Positions 1-8,547 of a stretch of 24,000 nt of DNA are shown here, piece by piece (position 1 is the stretch's first letter; every line of letters begins with the position of its first letter). The stretch is from Propionibacteriales bacterium (lineage in GTDB: Bacteria; Actinomycetota; Actinomycetes; Propionibacteriales; Propionibacteriaceae). The notes below the pieces were generated by a model, which worked only from the letters and a program-made list of their open reading frames with translations, was not told where the DNA came from and did no database searches. Made by a program: the position numbers and the translations under genes. The stretch covers positions 9,367-33,366 of the forward strand of contig JBBSRQ010000008.1 in assembly GCA_038242845.1 (NCBI GenBank), in the 5' to 3' direction.

Positions 1-30
1 CCGCCCCGATTCCAGCCACTGCCCCTCGAA

Positions 31-57
31 CCGTGCGCGGGGTTCCCCCGCACACGG
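31..57. terminator. GC-rich stem-loop, possible intrinsic terminator
   Basis: ccgtgcgcgggg-ttc-ccccgcacacgg forms a 12-bp stem with one mismatch. It lies about 15 nt beyond the stop (72-74) of minus-strand ORF 72..497. There is no clear U tract, so the strand and role are uncertain. Confidence 0.3.
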
Positions 58-319
58 CTCACCGACGTCCTTCACCGGCGGTGTTCGCTCGGAGCACGCC
101 AAGACCCAGTTGGGCCGGGAGCCCGAGGACGATGCTCTTGAGAGATCAGACGTGAATGCGTCCTGCCGATGTCAGAAGTGGCTGCACTCGGGTGGCACAA
201 GTCAGCAGCAGTCGCCTTCACTGGCCCAACGAGGGCATGCGGGTTCGGTGGACGAGGTGATAGGTAGAGACTCTCGTTGGTCCCACGACCACGGTGCTCC
301 GTTCCTCCCAACGAGCTAA

Positions 320-497
320 TGCGGTAGAGCTCGACGGTCCACGTCCAGCGGCCACCCAGGCCGCGGTAGGTCTGCAGAAACAATACGTGGTTGTGGGAGA
401 CCAGCAGGTCGATATCCCAGATGGTGCCGGAAAGGATGCGTCTCACGTGCCAGCAGCGGGACGTTGCAGGGGTCGACGGGTGCACGTCCACAAGCAA
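320..497 (-). other. Possible coding remnant of unknown function
   Basis: In minus ORF 72..497 only the first ~58 codons (MLVDVHPS...RWTWTVELYR) show the strong G/C third-position bias seen in real genes here. Downstream of ~320 the bias collapses and no family motif is recognisable. Confidence 0.2.
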
Positions 498-518
498 TGG
501 ACTTATTCAAACTTTATT

Positions 519-546
519 ACATCGGATTCGCTCGATAATCCGATGT
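519..546. promoter_or_regulatory. Perfect 10-bp inverted repeat, candidate operator
   Basis: acatcggatt-cgctcgat-aatccgatgt sits in the only AT-rich stretch (about 495-560) of the region, about 70 nt upstream of the epimerase start. Confidence 0.35.
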
Positions 547-613
547 CTCGGCTATTCATCTGACCGGACTTGTTTGGTCAGTGACCGCCAGAGCGGCGTG
601 ACAGACTGTGCGT

Positions 614-1456
614 ATGCGTATTGCACTCACGGGCTCCACTGGCAAACTTGGCTCCGTCGTCGCACGTGAGCTTCGCGAACATGGCCACGATGTCGTGGGA
701 TTGGATGCTGTTGGCCAGCGCGTGCCCGGATTCGTCCATGTCGAGCTGACGGACTACGGCCAGGTCATCGACGCTCTCGGGGGCGTGGACCGCTCCCCCC
801 GGTTCGACGCGGTCGTTCATCTCGGCGCGATCCCCGCCCCCGGGCTTCTCACTGACGCTGCCACGTTCCACAACAACATGACGAGCACGTTCAACGTGTT
901 CTGGGCGGCTGTGCGCACCGGCATCGAGCGCATCGTCTACGCATCGAGTGAGACCGTGCTGGGCCTGCCGTTCGATGTGCCGCCCCCCTACATTCCCGTC
1001 GACGAGGAGTACGCCCCGCGTCCCGAGTCTGTGTATTCGATCGTGAAGACGCTCGAAGAGCAGTTGGCGCGCGAGCTGGTGCGTTGGTATCCCGACCTGT
1101 CGATCACCGCACTGCGCTTCTCGAACGTCATGTGGCCCGAGGACTATTCGGAGTTCACGTCATTCGATGCCGACGCCGCCACGCGCAAGTGGAATCTCTG
1201 GGGCTACATTGATGCGCGCGACGGCGCCCAGGCCATCGAGCGCGCCCTCGAGGTGGCACCCAACGGGTTCGACAACTTCATCATCGCCGCGGCCGACACC
1301 GTCATGTCGCGGACCAACGCCGAGCTCGTCGCAGAGGTGTTTCCCGAGACCCCGATCCACGGCGATCTCGGCGAACACGACACGATGCTCAGCATCGACA
1401 AAGCCCGGCGCCTGCTCGGCTTCGACCCGCAGCACTCTTGGCGCGACGAGGCCTGA
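614..1456 (+). CDS. NAD-dependent epimerase/dehydratase (extended SDR family)
   Basis: ORF 608..1456. It has an N-terminal Rossmann motif (MRIALTGSTGKLGSVV, GxxGxxG) and a catalytic YxxxK (YSIVK). ATG 614 is preferred, with GTG 608 as the alternative. Confidence 0.85.
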   Translation: MRIALTGSTGKLGSVVARELREHGHDVVGLDAVGQRVPGFVHVELTDYGQVIDALGGVDRSPRFDAVVHLGAIPAPGLLTDAATFHNNMTSTFNVFWAAVRTGIERIVYASSETVLGLPFDVPPPYIPVDEEYAPRPESVYSIVKTLEEQLARELVRWYPDLSITALRFSNVMWPEDYSEFTSFDADAATRKWNLWGYIDARDGAQAIERALEVAPNGFDNFIIAAADTVMSRTNAELVAEVFPETPIHGDLGEHDTMLSIDKARRLLGFDPQHSWRDEA

Positions 1457-1688
1457 ATCCGCACGGTCAGCGGCGAGCGAGTGATGAGCCCCGGATCGGA
1501 AGCTTTGCGGATATGGTCGAGATCCGTTCACCGACATCGGCACCATCGATGGTCAGCCACCCGGTCTCCCACCGTGCCGATTTTCCCGCTTACGGCACAA
1601 ACGCGTGCGTGGCCATGAAGTCACTCGTTAATCGTCCTTCGAGCAGGGCGCGTGCTCTCGGTGCCGGCCAGGGGCTGACTGCGACACA

Positions 1689-1725
1689 GTGACAGTTGCC
1701 AGTGCAACGCGATAGCGTTGCCACC
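1689..1725 (+). promoter_or_regulatory. Candidate promoter for a leaderless transcript, with an 18-bp palindrome over the -10
   Basis: -35-like GTGACA (1689-1694), an 18-nt spacer, then -10-like TAGCGT (1713-1718, TAnnnT), with ATG 1726 seven nt downstream and no Shine-Dalgarno. A perfect inverted repeat gcaacgc-gata-gcgttgc (1704-1721) covers the -10. Confidence 0.3.
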
Positions 1726-2760
1726 ATGCCCCTTCCTCGTTCTCGAGCCCTGCTGGCGGCCGCCCTGCTGACGCTCGCCCTGGTCGCAGCTTGCGGCTCG
1801 TCGGATGACGCGCCGTCGGCGGCCCTTGCGAGCGCCTCGTCGACTACGGGGGTCCGGCTGGTGGTGGTGACCACCGTGGCACCAATCACGTCGATCGCGG
1901 CGAACATCATCGGCGACAAGGCCGACGTCACCGGTGTGGTTCCGGAGGGCACCAACAGCCACACTTTCGACCCGCCGCCGCAGATTGCGAAGACGTTGGA
2001 GCGCGCGGACGTCGTGTTCGTGAACGGACTGCAACTAGAGGAGCCCACGTTCGAGCTCGCCGAGGCCAACGCCAAGGGGGGCTCGGAGATCGTCAAGCTT
2101 GGCGATGAGTCGCTGCCGGAGTCGGAGTACATCTATGACTTCTCCTTTCCCAAAGAGAACGGCAAGCCCAACCCTCACCTATGGACTGACCCCCTGTACG
2201 CGATCAAGTACGCCGACAAGATCAAGGACGTAATGGTCCGCCGCGACCCGGCGAACGCCGGGTACTACACCGGCAACCACCGCAAGTTCGTGGCGAAGGC
2301 AACCGTCCTGTCCGAGGCGCTCAAGACCGACCAGGCGACGATCCCGGCCGGTGGCAAGGAGTTGCTGACCTACCACGACGCCTACGCGTACTTCGCCAAG
2401 AACTACGGCTGGACGGTGATCGGAGCGGTGCAACCGACCAACTTCGAGGACCCGCAGCCCAAGGAGATCGCCGACCTGGTCGACCAGATCAAGGAGAAGA
2501 AGGTCCCGGTCATCTTCGGCTCGGCGGTCTTCCCATCCAAAGTCCTCGAGCAGATCGCCAAGGAGACGGGCGTCCGGTACGAGGACACGCTGCGCGATGA
2601 CGACCTGCCCGGCGAGCCGGGCGAGCCTGAGCACTCGTGGTTGGGCCTGATGCGCTACGACTACGTGACCATGATCAAGGGGCTCGGGGGCACCACGAAG
2701 GCCCTCGACGCCCTGGACACCACCGACGTTGCATCCGACAACGCGGACTACCCGCAGTGA
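1726..2760 (+). CDS. Metal (Zn/Mn-type) ABC transporter substrate-binding lipoprotein, TroA/ZnuA/PsaA-like
   Basis: ORF 1696..2760. It has a signal peptide with lipobox LVAACGSS and metal-ligand-type motifs NSHTFDP, NPHLWTDP and YHDAYAYF typical of cluster A-I SBPs. ATG 1726 was chosen over TTG 1696. Confidence 0.85.
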   Translation: MPLPRSRALLAAALLTLALVAACGSSDDAPSAALASASSTTGVRLVVVTTVAPITSIAANIIGDKADVTGVVPEGTNSHTFDPPPQIAKTLERADVVFVNGLQLEEPTFELAEANAKGGSEIVKLGDESLPESEYIYDFSFPKENGKPNPHLWTDPLYAIKYADKIKDVMVRRDPANAGYYTGNHRKFVAKATVLSEALKTDQATIPAGGKELLTYHDAYAYFAKNYGWTVIGAVQPTNFEDPQPKEIADLVDQIKEKKVPVIFGSAVFPSKVLEQIAKETGVRYEDTLRDDDLPGEPGEPEHSWLGLMRYDYVTMIKGLGGTTKALDALDTTDVASDNADYPQ

Positions 2761-3530
2761 CCACAGTTCCCTTGATCACCCTGCAGGGAGTGTCCTTCGG
2801 CTACGGCGCGGCGCCAGTGCTGCAAGACATCACCTACAGCGTGCATCGGGGCGAGTTCACCGGCATCGTTGGCCCTTCGGGCTCGGGTAAGACCACTCTG
2901 CTCCGGCTGCTGCTCGGGGCGGTCAAGCCAGGACGAGGCGAACTGACACGAGAGCCGGCCACCGCTGTCAGCTATGTCCCTCAGCTGGACACAGTTAACT
3001 GGAACTTCCCAGTGACGGTGGGCGAGTGCGTCCTCATGTCACGCAGACCCCGGCGGCTGAGCCCCCGGCCAACGCGGACCGAGCGGCTCGAGGTCGCTAC
3101 TGTGCTGGAGCGACTGGGGATCGCAGACCTCACCGGCCGGCACATCCGGGAGCTGTCGGGAGGCCAGCAGCAGCGGATGTTCCTCGCGCGTGCGCTGCTG
3201 CGCAGGCCCGCGCTGCTGCTGCTCGACGAGCCGACCTCGGGAGTCGACGTCCAGACCCGGCACGAGGTCCTGCACCTACTCGACGAGCTCAATCGGGACG
3301 GGCTGGCGATCGTGCTCACCACGCACGACCTGAACGGGATCGCCTCACACCTGCCGCACCTGCTGGCGCTGCAGCGCCGCCTGATCGCGAGCGGCACCCC
3401 GGCCGAGGTCATCGTGCCCGACGTGCTGGAACGCGTGTTCGGCGCCAGCATGGAGGTGCTGCAGCACTTCGGCATGCCCGTCGTGGTCGACACACACTCC
3501 GACGTCGCGCTGCGGAAGGTGGCCAGTTGA
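2757..3530 (+). CDS. Metal ABC transporter ATP-binding protein
   Basis: Walker A GPSGSGKT, ABC signature LSGGQQQR, Walker B LLLLDEPTSGVD. In-frame GTG 2757 overlaps the SBP stop (GTGA). The upstream part of ORF 2637..3530 overlaps the SBP gene and looks non-coding. Confidence 0.9.
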   Translation: MTTVPLITLQGVSFGYGAAPVLQDITYSVHRGEFTGIVGPSGSGKTTLLRLLLGAVKPGRGELTREPATAVSYVPQLDTVNWNFPVTVGECVLMSRRPRRLSPRPTRTERLEVATVLERLGIADLTGRHIRELSGGQQQRMFLARALLRRPALLLLDEPTSGVDVQTRHEVLHLLDELNRDGLAIVLTTHDLNGIASHLPHLLALQRRLIASGTPAEVIVPDVLERVFGASMEVLQHFGMPVVVDTHSDVALRKVAS

Positions 3531-4429
3531 TGGGCGGCCTGTGGGAGGCCTTCCTGGACCCGTTCTCCTACCAGTTCTTCGTCAAGGGGCTCGTCGCGGC
3601 GGTCCTGGCCGGCGCGCTGTGCGGGCTGATCGGTGTCTTCATCACGCTGCGCGGGATGAGCTACATCGGGCACGGGCTCTCCCACGCGATCTTCGGCGGT
3701 TACGCCGCCGCGCCGCTGCTGGGCATCCCGATCGTGCTAGGCGCCGGCCTCTGGGGCCTCGCGTCGGCGCTGGCCATCAACGCAGTCACCCGCAGCCGCC
3801 GGATCGGCGCGGACGCCGCCATCGGCGTGGTCACGACCGCGTCCTTCGCCCTGGGCGTCGCGCTGCTCACGCGCTTCGGCACCAAGGGGCCGGCCTTCGA
3901 CAGCCTGCTGTTCGGCAGCATCAACGGTGTCGCGGACAGCGACCTGCTGCTGCTGGCTGCCGTACTCGCCTTCGCGGCCGCGGTCTTCACCGTCCTGTAC
4001 CGGCAATTCCTGTTCTCCACGTTCGACCCGGAGGTGGCGAACGTGTCCGGCGTCCCGGTCGCGTACATGGACGCGCTGCTGATGTTGGTGTTGTCCCTGT
4101 CGATCCTGGCGACGCTGAGCATCATCGGCGTCACCCTGGTGGCGGCCACCCTGGTGACCCCCGCCGTGGTCGCCCGGATGCTCAGCGACTCGTTCAGCCG
4201 AATGCTGTGGATCTCCACCGGGATCGGGACGGCCTGTGGGGCCGTCGGGATGTACGCCTCCTACCACCTGGAGATCCCGTCCGGGACCACCATCGTCCTC
4301 ACCAACGCCATCGTCTTCGTGGCCGTGGTGGCGGTCACCGGCGGCCGGTCGCTCAGCCGGGCCGCGGGGCTCGATGACCACACGGACGTGCCGACTGCCG
4401 GTGTTCCGGTTGCACTGACCCGCAGCTGA
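3530..4429 (+). CDS. Metal ABC transporter permease (ABC-3 family, ZnuB/MntC/TroC-like)
   Basis: ATG 3530 overlaps the ATPase stop (TGATG). The protein is highly hydrophobic with multiple TM segments (MGGLWEAFLDPFSYQFFVKGL...GMSYIGHGLSHAIFGG...). The N-terminal 168 codons of ORF 3026..4429 overlap the ATPase gene and were discarded. Confidence 0.9.
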   Translation: MGGLWEAFLDPFSYQFFVKGLVAAVLAGALCGLIGVFITLRGMSYIGHGLSHAIFGGYAAAPLLGIPIVLGAGLWGLASALAINAVTRSRRIGADAAIGVVTTASFALGVALLTRFGTKGPAFDSLLFGSINGVADSDLLLLAAVLAFAAAVFTVLYRQFLFSTFDPEVANVSGVPVAYMDALLMLVLSLSILATLSIIGVTLVAATLVTPAVVARMLSDSFSRMLWISTGIGTACGAVGMYASYHLEIPSGTTIVLTNAIVFVAVVAVTGGRSLSRAAGLDDHTDVPTAGVPVALTRS

Positions 4430-4469
4430 GCCGTTGTTGCGTGGGTTCAGGTGGCAGCGCTGTGGCCCC

Positions 4470-4800
4470 TGCAGGCACACGCGCAGGGCCCATTGTCATG
4501 TGCAAGGACGCCAAGTGTCCGACGGTGGGGAAGCCGAACATGTCGGCCCCGGTCTCGGCCACGCTCACCTGGGCGACGCTCTGTCCTACTCGGGGAGGAC
4601 GACGGCTGAGGGCGGTCATCATGCCTCAGTAGTTCTGAACTTCTGGACGACACAGAGCACCTGGGCTTGGTTAAACGGGCGAAAGTAATTCCGGCGGCGT
4701 TACTGTCCGGACGCCGCCCATCAACAGGGCGCCGGGGATGGTTTGCAGCGGATCGATCTGGTGCGCCCAAGGCTCGCAGGCAGCGTTGATGGCTTCGTCC
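4470..4800 (-). mobile_element. IS110-family transposase remnant (C-terminal part, in-frame stops)
   Basis: One minus frame reads ...DEAINAACEPWAHQIDPLQTIPGA...*...*...PRVGQSVAQVSVAETGADMFGFPTVGHLASL... This resembles the IS110 motif block (IPGVG..TA..iiAEiG.DMsrFPta.HLASWAG). It is interrupted by TAA (~4671) and TGA (~4626). No N-terminal catalytic domain and no ends were found. Confidence 0.45.
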
Positions 4801-5012
4801 GCGTGGGACGTTGGCTCTCGCAGGTGTGGATGATGGGATTCACCTTCAGCGAGGAGGGTCCTCGGCCTTGGGCCGATTTGCCCTGGTAGGCAAGAGATTA
4901 CTAATGGAAATCGAGCCACCCGCGACTGGGCGACTCGCACCTGATAGACCTGATCGGTGCGGCTCGACTCCTTCTCCCATCCAAAGTTCCTCTCGATTCC
5001 CACGTCGGCGCG

Positions 5013-6087
5013 ATGACTGATCTGCTTCTGGTGGGTGCCGGCCACGCGCACCTGTACGTCGTGAAGCGCGCCGCTGAGCTGGCTGCCGCCGGATATCAGG
5101 TGCGACTGCTCGCGCCGCGATTCTTCGACTACAGCGGTCTCGCCTCAGCGACGGCGGCTGGTGCGCTGCCCAGCGACGCGGGTCGGGTCGATGTGCGGTT
5201 GCTGGCCAGCGCCTCGGGTGTGGAGTTCCACGAGGGCACACTGGAGGCTCTTGATCCGGAGGCGCGGATCGCGGTCAGCTCCGATGGTGCCCATCTGTCC
5301 TATGACGTGCTCTCACTCAATATCGGCAGTGGGTTGCTCCGGCCGGTATGCACGTTGATCCGGGCGTCCTGAGTGTGAAGCCGTTGAGCGGTCTCGCCGA
5401 TCTCGATGCCCGACTGCGGACCTCGGGGCACCCGGGTGCCAGGGTCACCGTCGTGGGAGGCGGCGCCTCTGGCTTGGAGCTGGCAGCCCACCTATCGGTG
5501 CGATCGGACGTCGTGAACATCCAGTTGGTGGAGTCCGGCCCCACCATCGGCGCGGACCTGCCCACGGGTGCACGCAAGCGGATGGGACGGTTCTCGTTGC
5601 GCGCGGTGTCGGCGTTCATACCGGGTGCGTGGTGCGCGACCTCGGCGAGCGACGGCTGGTCTGCGACAACGGGTCCGAAATGTCCCATGATGTGGCCCTG
5701 CTCGCCGTTGGTCTGACGGCGCCGCCGTTGCTCGCCGCGTTCGGACTCGGTGACGGGCGAGGGGTGCCGGTGCGGGCGACCCTTCAGCATGTTGACCGAG
5801 ACGACATCTATGCGGTGGGCGACTGCGCACGCTTCCTGCTGGGTCCGCTGCCCCGCATCGGTGTGCACGGGGTCCGGCAGGGACCCGTGCTATTGCAGAG
5901 CCTGCTCGCGCGGGTTCGGGGAGAGGCCCTTCCGGTGTACGAGCCGCGGCGGCGGGCTCTGTCAATTCTCGATCTCGGTGGCGTCGCTGGCTTGGCTGTC
6001 TGGGGGCGCTGGTGGTGGTACGGGGCTGCAGCTCTACGAGTCAAACGGCGCATCGATCGACGGTGGCTGAGGATCTATCAGGAGTGA
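5013..6087 (+). pseudogene. FAD-dependent pyridine nucleotide-disulfide oxidoreductase, disrupted by two frameshifts
   Basis: Three consecutive ORFs in three frames (5013..5372, 5348..5716, 5629..6087) join into one protein. The pieces are MTDLLLVGAGHAHLYVV (FAD GxGxxG-like), then VTVVGGGASGLELAAHL (second Rossmann), then DDIYAVGDCA. Frame changes fall near 5325-5345 and 5580-5600. Confidence 0.75.
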
Positions 6088-6175
6088 GGCTCCCCCACGT
6101 CGGCGCACGGCGCAGTTGTCGGCGATCTCGACCGGCCGCTGCGGTGCGCCCTCCACCCGAAGCTACGCTGACGAC

Positions 6176-6883
6176 ATGTCGATTGAACACCCGGGCCAAC
6201 CACTTCCCACTGTCCAGCGCCGACCCCGCCTGCTGATCTTCGACGTCAACGAGACCCTTTCGGACATGTCGCCCATGGCCAAGCGGTTCGAGGATGTCGG
6301 CGCCCCAGCCCACCTTGCGGCCACGTGGTTCGCGGGGCTGCTGCGCGACGGCTTCGCTCTCACGGCAGCCAATTCCAGCGACGCCTTCGCTCACATCGCG
6401 CGCGAGTCGCTGAGGGTGGGGCTTCACGGACTGCCCCTGAATCGCGGGGCCTCTGACGCCGTCTGCTACATCATGGATGGCTTCGCCGGCCTCCCCGTGC
6501 ATGCCGACGTCCCTGACGGGATCGAGGCACTGGGGCGTCTCGGGATCCGTCTGGTCACCCTCAGCAACGGGTCAGCCTCCGTCGCAGAGGCACTGTTCGA
6601 CAGGGCGGGGATCCACCAGCACTTCGAGTGCCTGTTGACCGTGGAGGACGCGGGCCGTTGGAAGCCAGCGCCCGAGGCGTACGCGTATGCACTCCAGCAG
6701 TGTGGTGTTGAACCGGAGGACGCGATGCTCGTGGCGGTCCATCCCTGGGACATCGACGGAGCCTCTCGTGCGGGGCTCGCCACGGCGTGGGTGAACCGGA
6801 CTGGTGGCCCCTTTCCCAAGTACTTCGAAGCACCTGACCGCCAGGCGATGTCCCTGACTGACCTCGCCGAGCAGCTCGGTTAA
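6176..6883 (+). CDS. HAD-superfamily hydrolase, haloacid dehalogenase type II-like
   Basis: HAD motif I LLIFDVNETL, motif II VTLSNG, motif III RWKPAPEAY, motif IV HPWDIDGA. ATG 6176 is in frame within ORF 6116..6883. It appears intact. Confidence 0.8.
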   Translation: MSIEHPGQPLPTVQRRPRLLIFDVNETLSDMSPMAKRFEDVGAPAHLAATWFAGLLRDGFALTAANSSDAFAHIARESLRVGLHGLPLNRGASDAVCYIMDGFAGLPVHADVPDGIEALGRLGIRLVTLSNGSASVAEALFDRAGIHQHFECLLTVEDAGRWKPAPEAYAYALQQCGVEPEDAMLVAVHPWDIDGASRAGLATAWVNRTGGPFPKYFEAPDRQAMSLTDLAEQLG

Positions 6884-6924
6884 GTGGAGGGGCAGACCAC
6901 AAGGGGCTTGGCCAATGGTCTTGT

Positions 6925-7902
6925 TTGACTGTCCAGCCACGCGGTGGAATCGTGTCGCCTCCCGGCGGGTTGCACGGGTATCACCACCTCCACTACGCCC
7001 AACGAGCCGATCATGACCTGCAGCGAGAACACCACCTGGGGCCTGAAGCCGCGGAACTCGTGCGCGCCGCCTTGGTGCGTGACGGCGTGGAGGTGCTGAC
7101 GGGCCACCGTGCGGTTGCCGTCCAGGGCACGCCTGGTGGCCCCGGCACGATCACGGTCGACGATGGCTCGGGGACAAAAGAGGTGGGCTACGACGTACTC
7201 CTCGTCGCAGTCGGCCGTAGCCCCCGCTCCGCCGGGCTGGGCCTCGACGCCGCGGCGTCGAACTCAACCGTTTCGTGACCGTCGATGCGCTGCTCCGCAC
7301 GACCAACCCACCGTCTGGGCAGCCGGCGACATCACCGAGCACTCTCAGTTCACTCACCTGGCAGGGGTGCACGGCAGCCTCGCGGAGAGCAATGCCGTCC
7401 TGGGTGTGCGCCGAAAGGCGGACATCGCCGCCGTTCCGTGGGTGACGTTCACGGACCCAGAGGTTGCCGCTGTTGGTGTGGCCACTTGGGACGAGGACCC
7501 GGGCAACGTACCGCGCACGGTCACCCGGAAGCACACCGACGTTGACCGCGCGATCACCGAGGGCCGTACCGACGGTTTCAGTCGGCTCGTGCTCGGATCC
7601 CGCGGCAGGATCATCGGGGGCACGGTGGTGGGGCCCCGGGCGGGGGAGTCCCTTGCCGAGGTCACGCTGGCGGTGCGCCTCGGCCTGACCGCCACGGATC
7701 TGGCTGCCACAACCCACCCCTATCCCACGTACGGGGACGGGTGGCCAGTGCCGCGATCTCCGTCGTGCAGTCACGGCTTGCGGCCCCCGCGGTTCTCTTC
7801 GTGATGACTGCACTCGTGGGCTTCCGCCGTGCCTGGGCGTCCCGTCCTTGCCTGAACTTTCCTGACGTTCACGACGAGGCTGGACCCCGCAGCGTGCGGT
7901 AG
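6925..7902 (+). pseudogene. Mercuric-reductase/dihydrolipoamide-dehydrogenase-like FAD oxidoreductase, N-terminally truncated with at least 3 frameshifts
   Basis: Only the C-terminal two thirds are readable: ...GYDVLLVAVGRSPRSAGLGLDAA / GVELNRFVTVDALLRTTNP / VWAAGDITEHSQFTHLAG...VPWVTFTDPEVAAVG...THPYPTYGDG / VASAAISVVQSRLAAPAVLFVMTALVGF... Frame changes fall near 7251-7255, 7300-7312 and 7738-7741. No FAD-binding N-terminus or redox CxxxxC lies upstream. Confidence 0.7.
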
Positions 7903-8500
7903 CCGCCCACGACGCGCTGTGCGACGCTGATGCCGACGATGGCCGCCCACACCACGCGATCGGGCCGGCAACGCCCGGGAGCAGCACCCAAAGGCTGTGC
8001 ACAATGATCGTCTCCGTGCCCTCAGCAAGCCCACCGAGGAAGGACAGCGAACGACCGTCGTCGATGGTGTGCCCAGTCCGCTCCGCGATGGAGGAGAATG
8101 CCAGGAAGGCAGTCCCGTTGAGGTAGTAGGTCAGAAGCACGGCAAGGAAAGGCGCCAGCGATCCGCCCCACCCAAGGCCGACACCCACCACGAACGCGCC
8201 GTACACCACGAAGTCCGCGGTGATGTCGAGGAAGCCACCTGCATGCTTGGACGTCCTGCCGACGCCGCTGGCGTGTCGCCGGCGCGCCAACGGCCCGTCC
8301 AGACCGTCCGCCGCCCGCGAGACAAGCCACAGGACAAGGGCGGTGCCCCACCAGCTAGCGGCCGCCGCTGCCGCGGATCCGAGCCCGAGGACCAGCCCGG
8401 CCATGGTGATGCGGTCGGGGGTGATCCAAGGACGGTCGAGCACGGCAGCCACGCGGTCCAGGGGACCGGCGAGAACGGCGCGAACCGGGGTGTCAAGCAT
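7869..8500 (-). pseudogene. CDP-alcohol phosphatidyltransferase family protein with an apparent 1-nt frameshift near the 3' end
   Basis: ATG 8500 is preceded by GGAG. The family motif is present: DGLDGPLAR...GGFLDITAD. After ...PGVAGPIA the listed frame turns into an Arg/Ser-rich read-through to 7151. Shifting one nt near 7955 gives a plausible hydrophobic C-terminus, VVWAAIVGISVAQRVVGGYRTLRGPASS, with stop at 7869-7871. Confidence 0.65.
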
Positions 8501-8547
8501 GATTCACTCCTTCGGCTCGGCGTATCGGCGCGAGTGCCCTCAGGGCT

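Noticed and set aside
100-330. Possible cobalamin or other known riboswitch in the unassigned 5' region
   Set aside because: I could not find a B12 box or any other class-defining conserved core on either strand. Only the repeat structure is reported, as a low-interest finding.
2600-2640. Short direct repeat encoding PGEPGEPE near the 3' end of the SBP gene
   Set aside because: It is a trivial in-frame duplication of two codon triplets inside a coding region, with no further periodicity.
2981-4480. Minus-strand ORFs 2981..3685 and 3737..4480 and the plus alternative frame 3541..4377 across the metal ABC genes
   Set aside because: Their composition (Arg/Pro/Gly/Ser-rich) and lack of motifs mark them as shadow ORFs. 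The ATPase and permease frames are clearly the coding ones.
5325-5600. Programmed ribosomal frameshifting as an explanation for the split oxidoreductase and other split genes
   Set aside because: No slippery heptamer or downstream structure is evident at the shift sites. The shifts occur in several unrelated neighbouring genes, which fits decay or indel errors better.
7151-8500. 449-aa minus ORF taken at face value
   Set aside because: Only about the first 180 codons are CDP-alcohol phosphatidyltransferase. The remainder is read-through over the oxidoreductase pseudogene in a meaningless frame.
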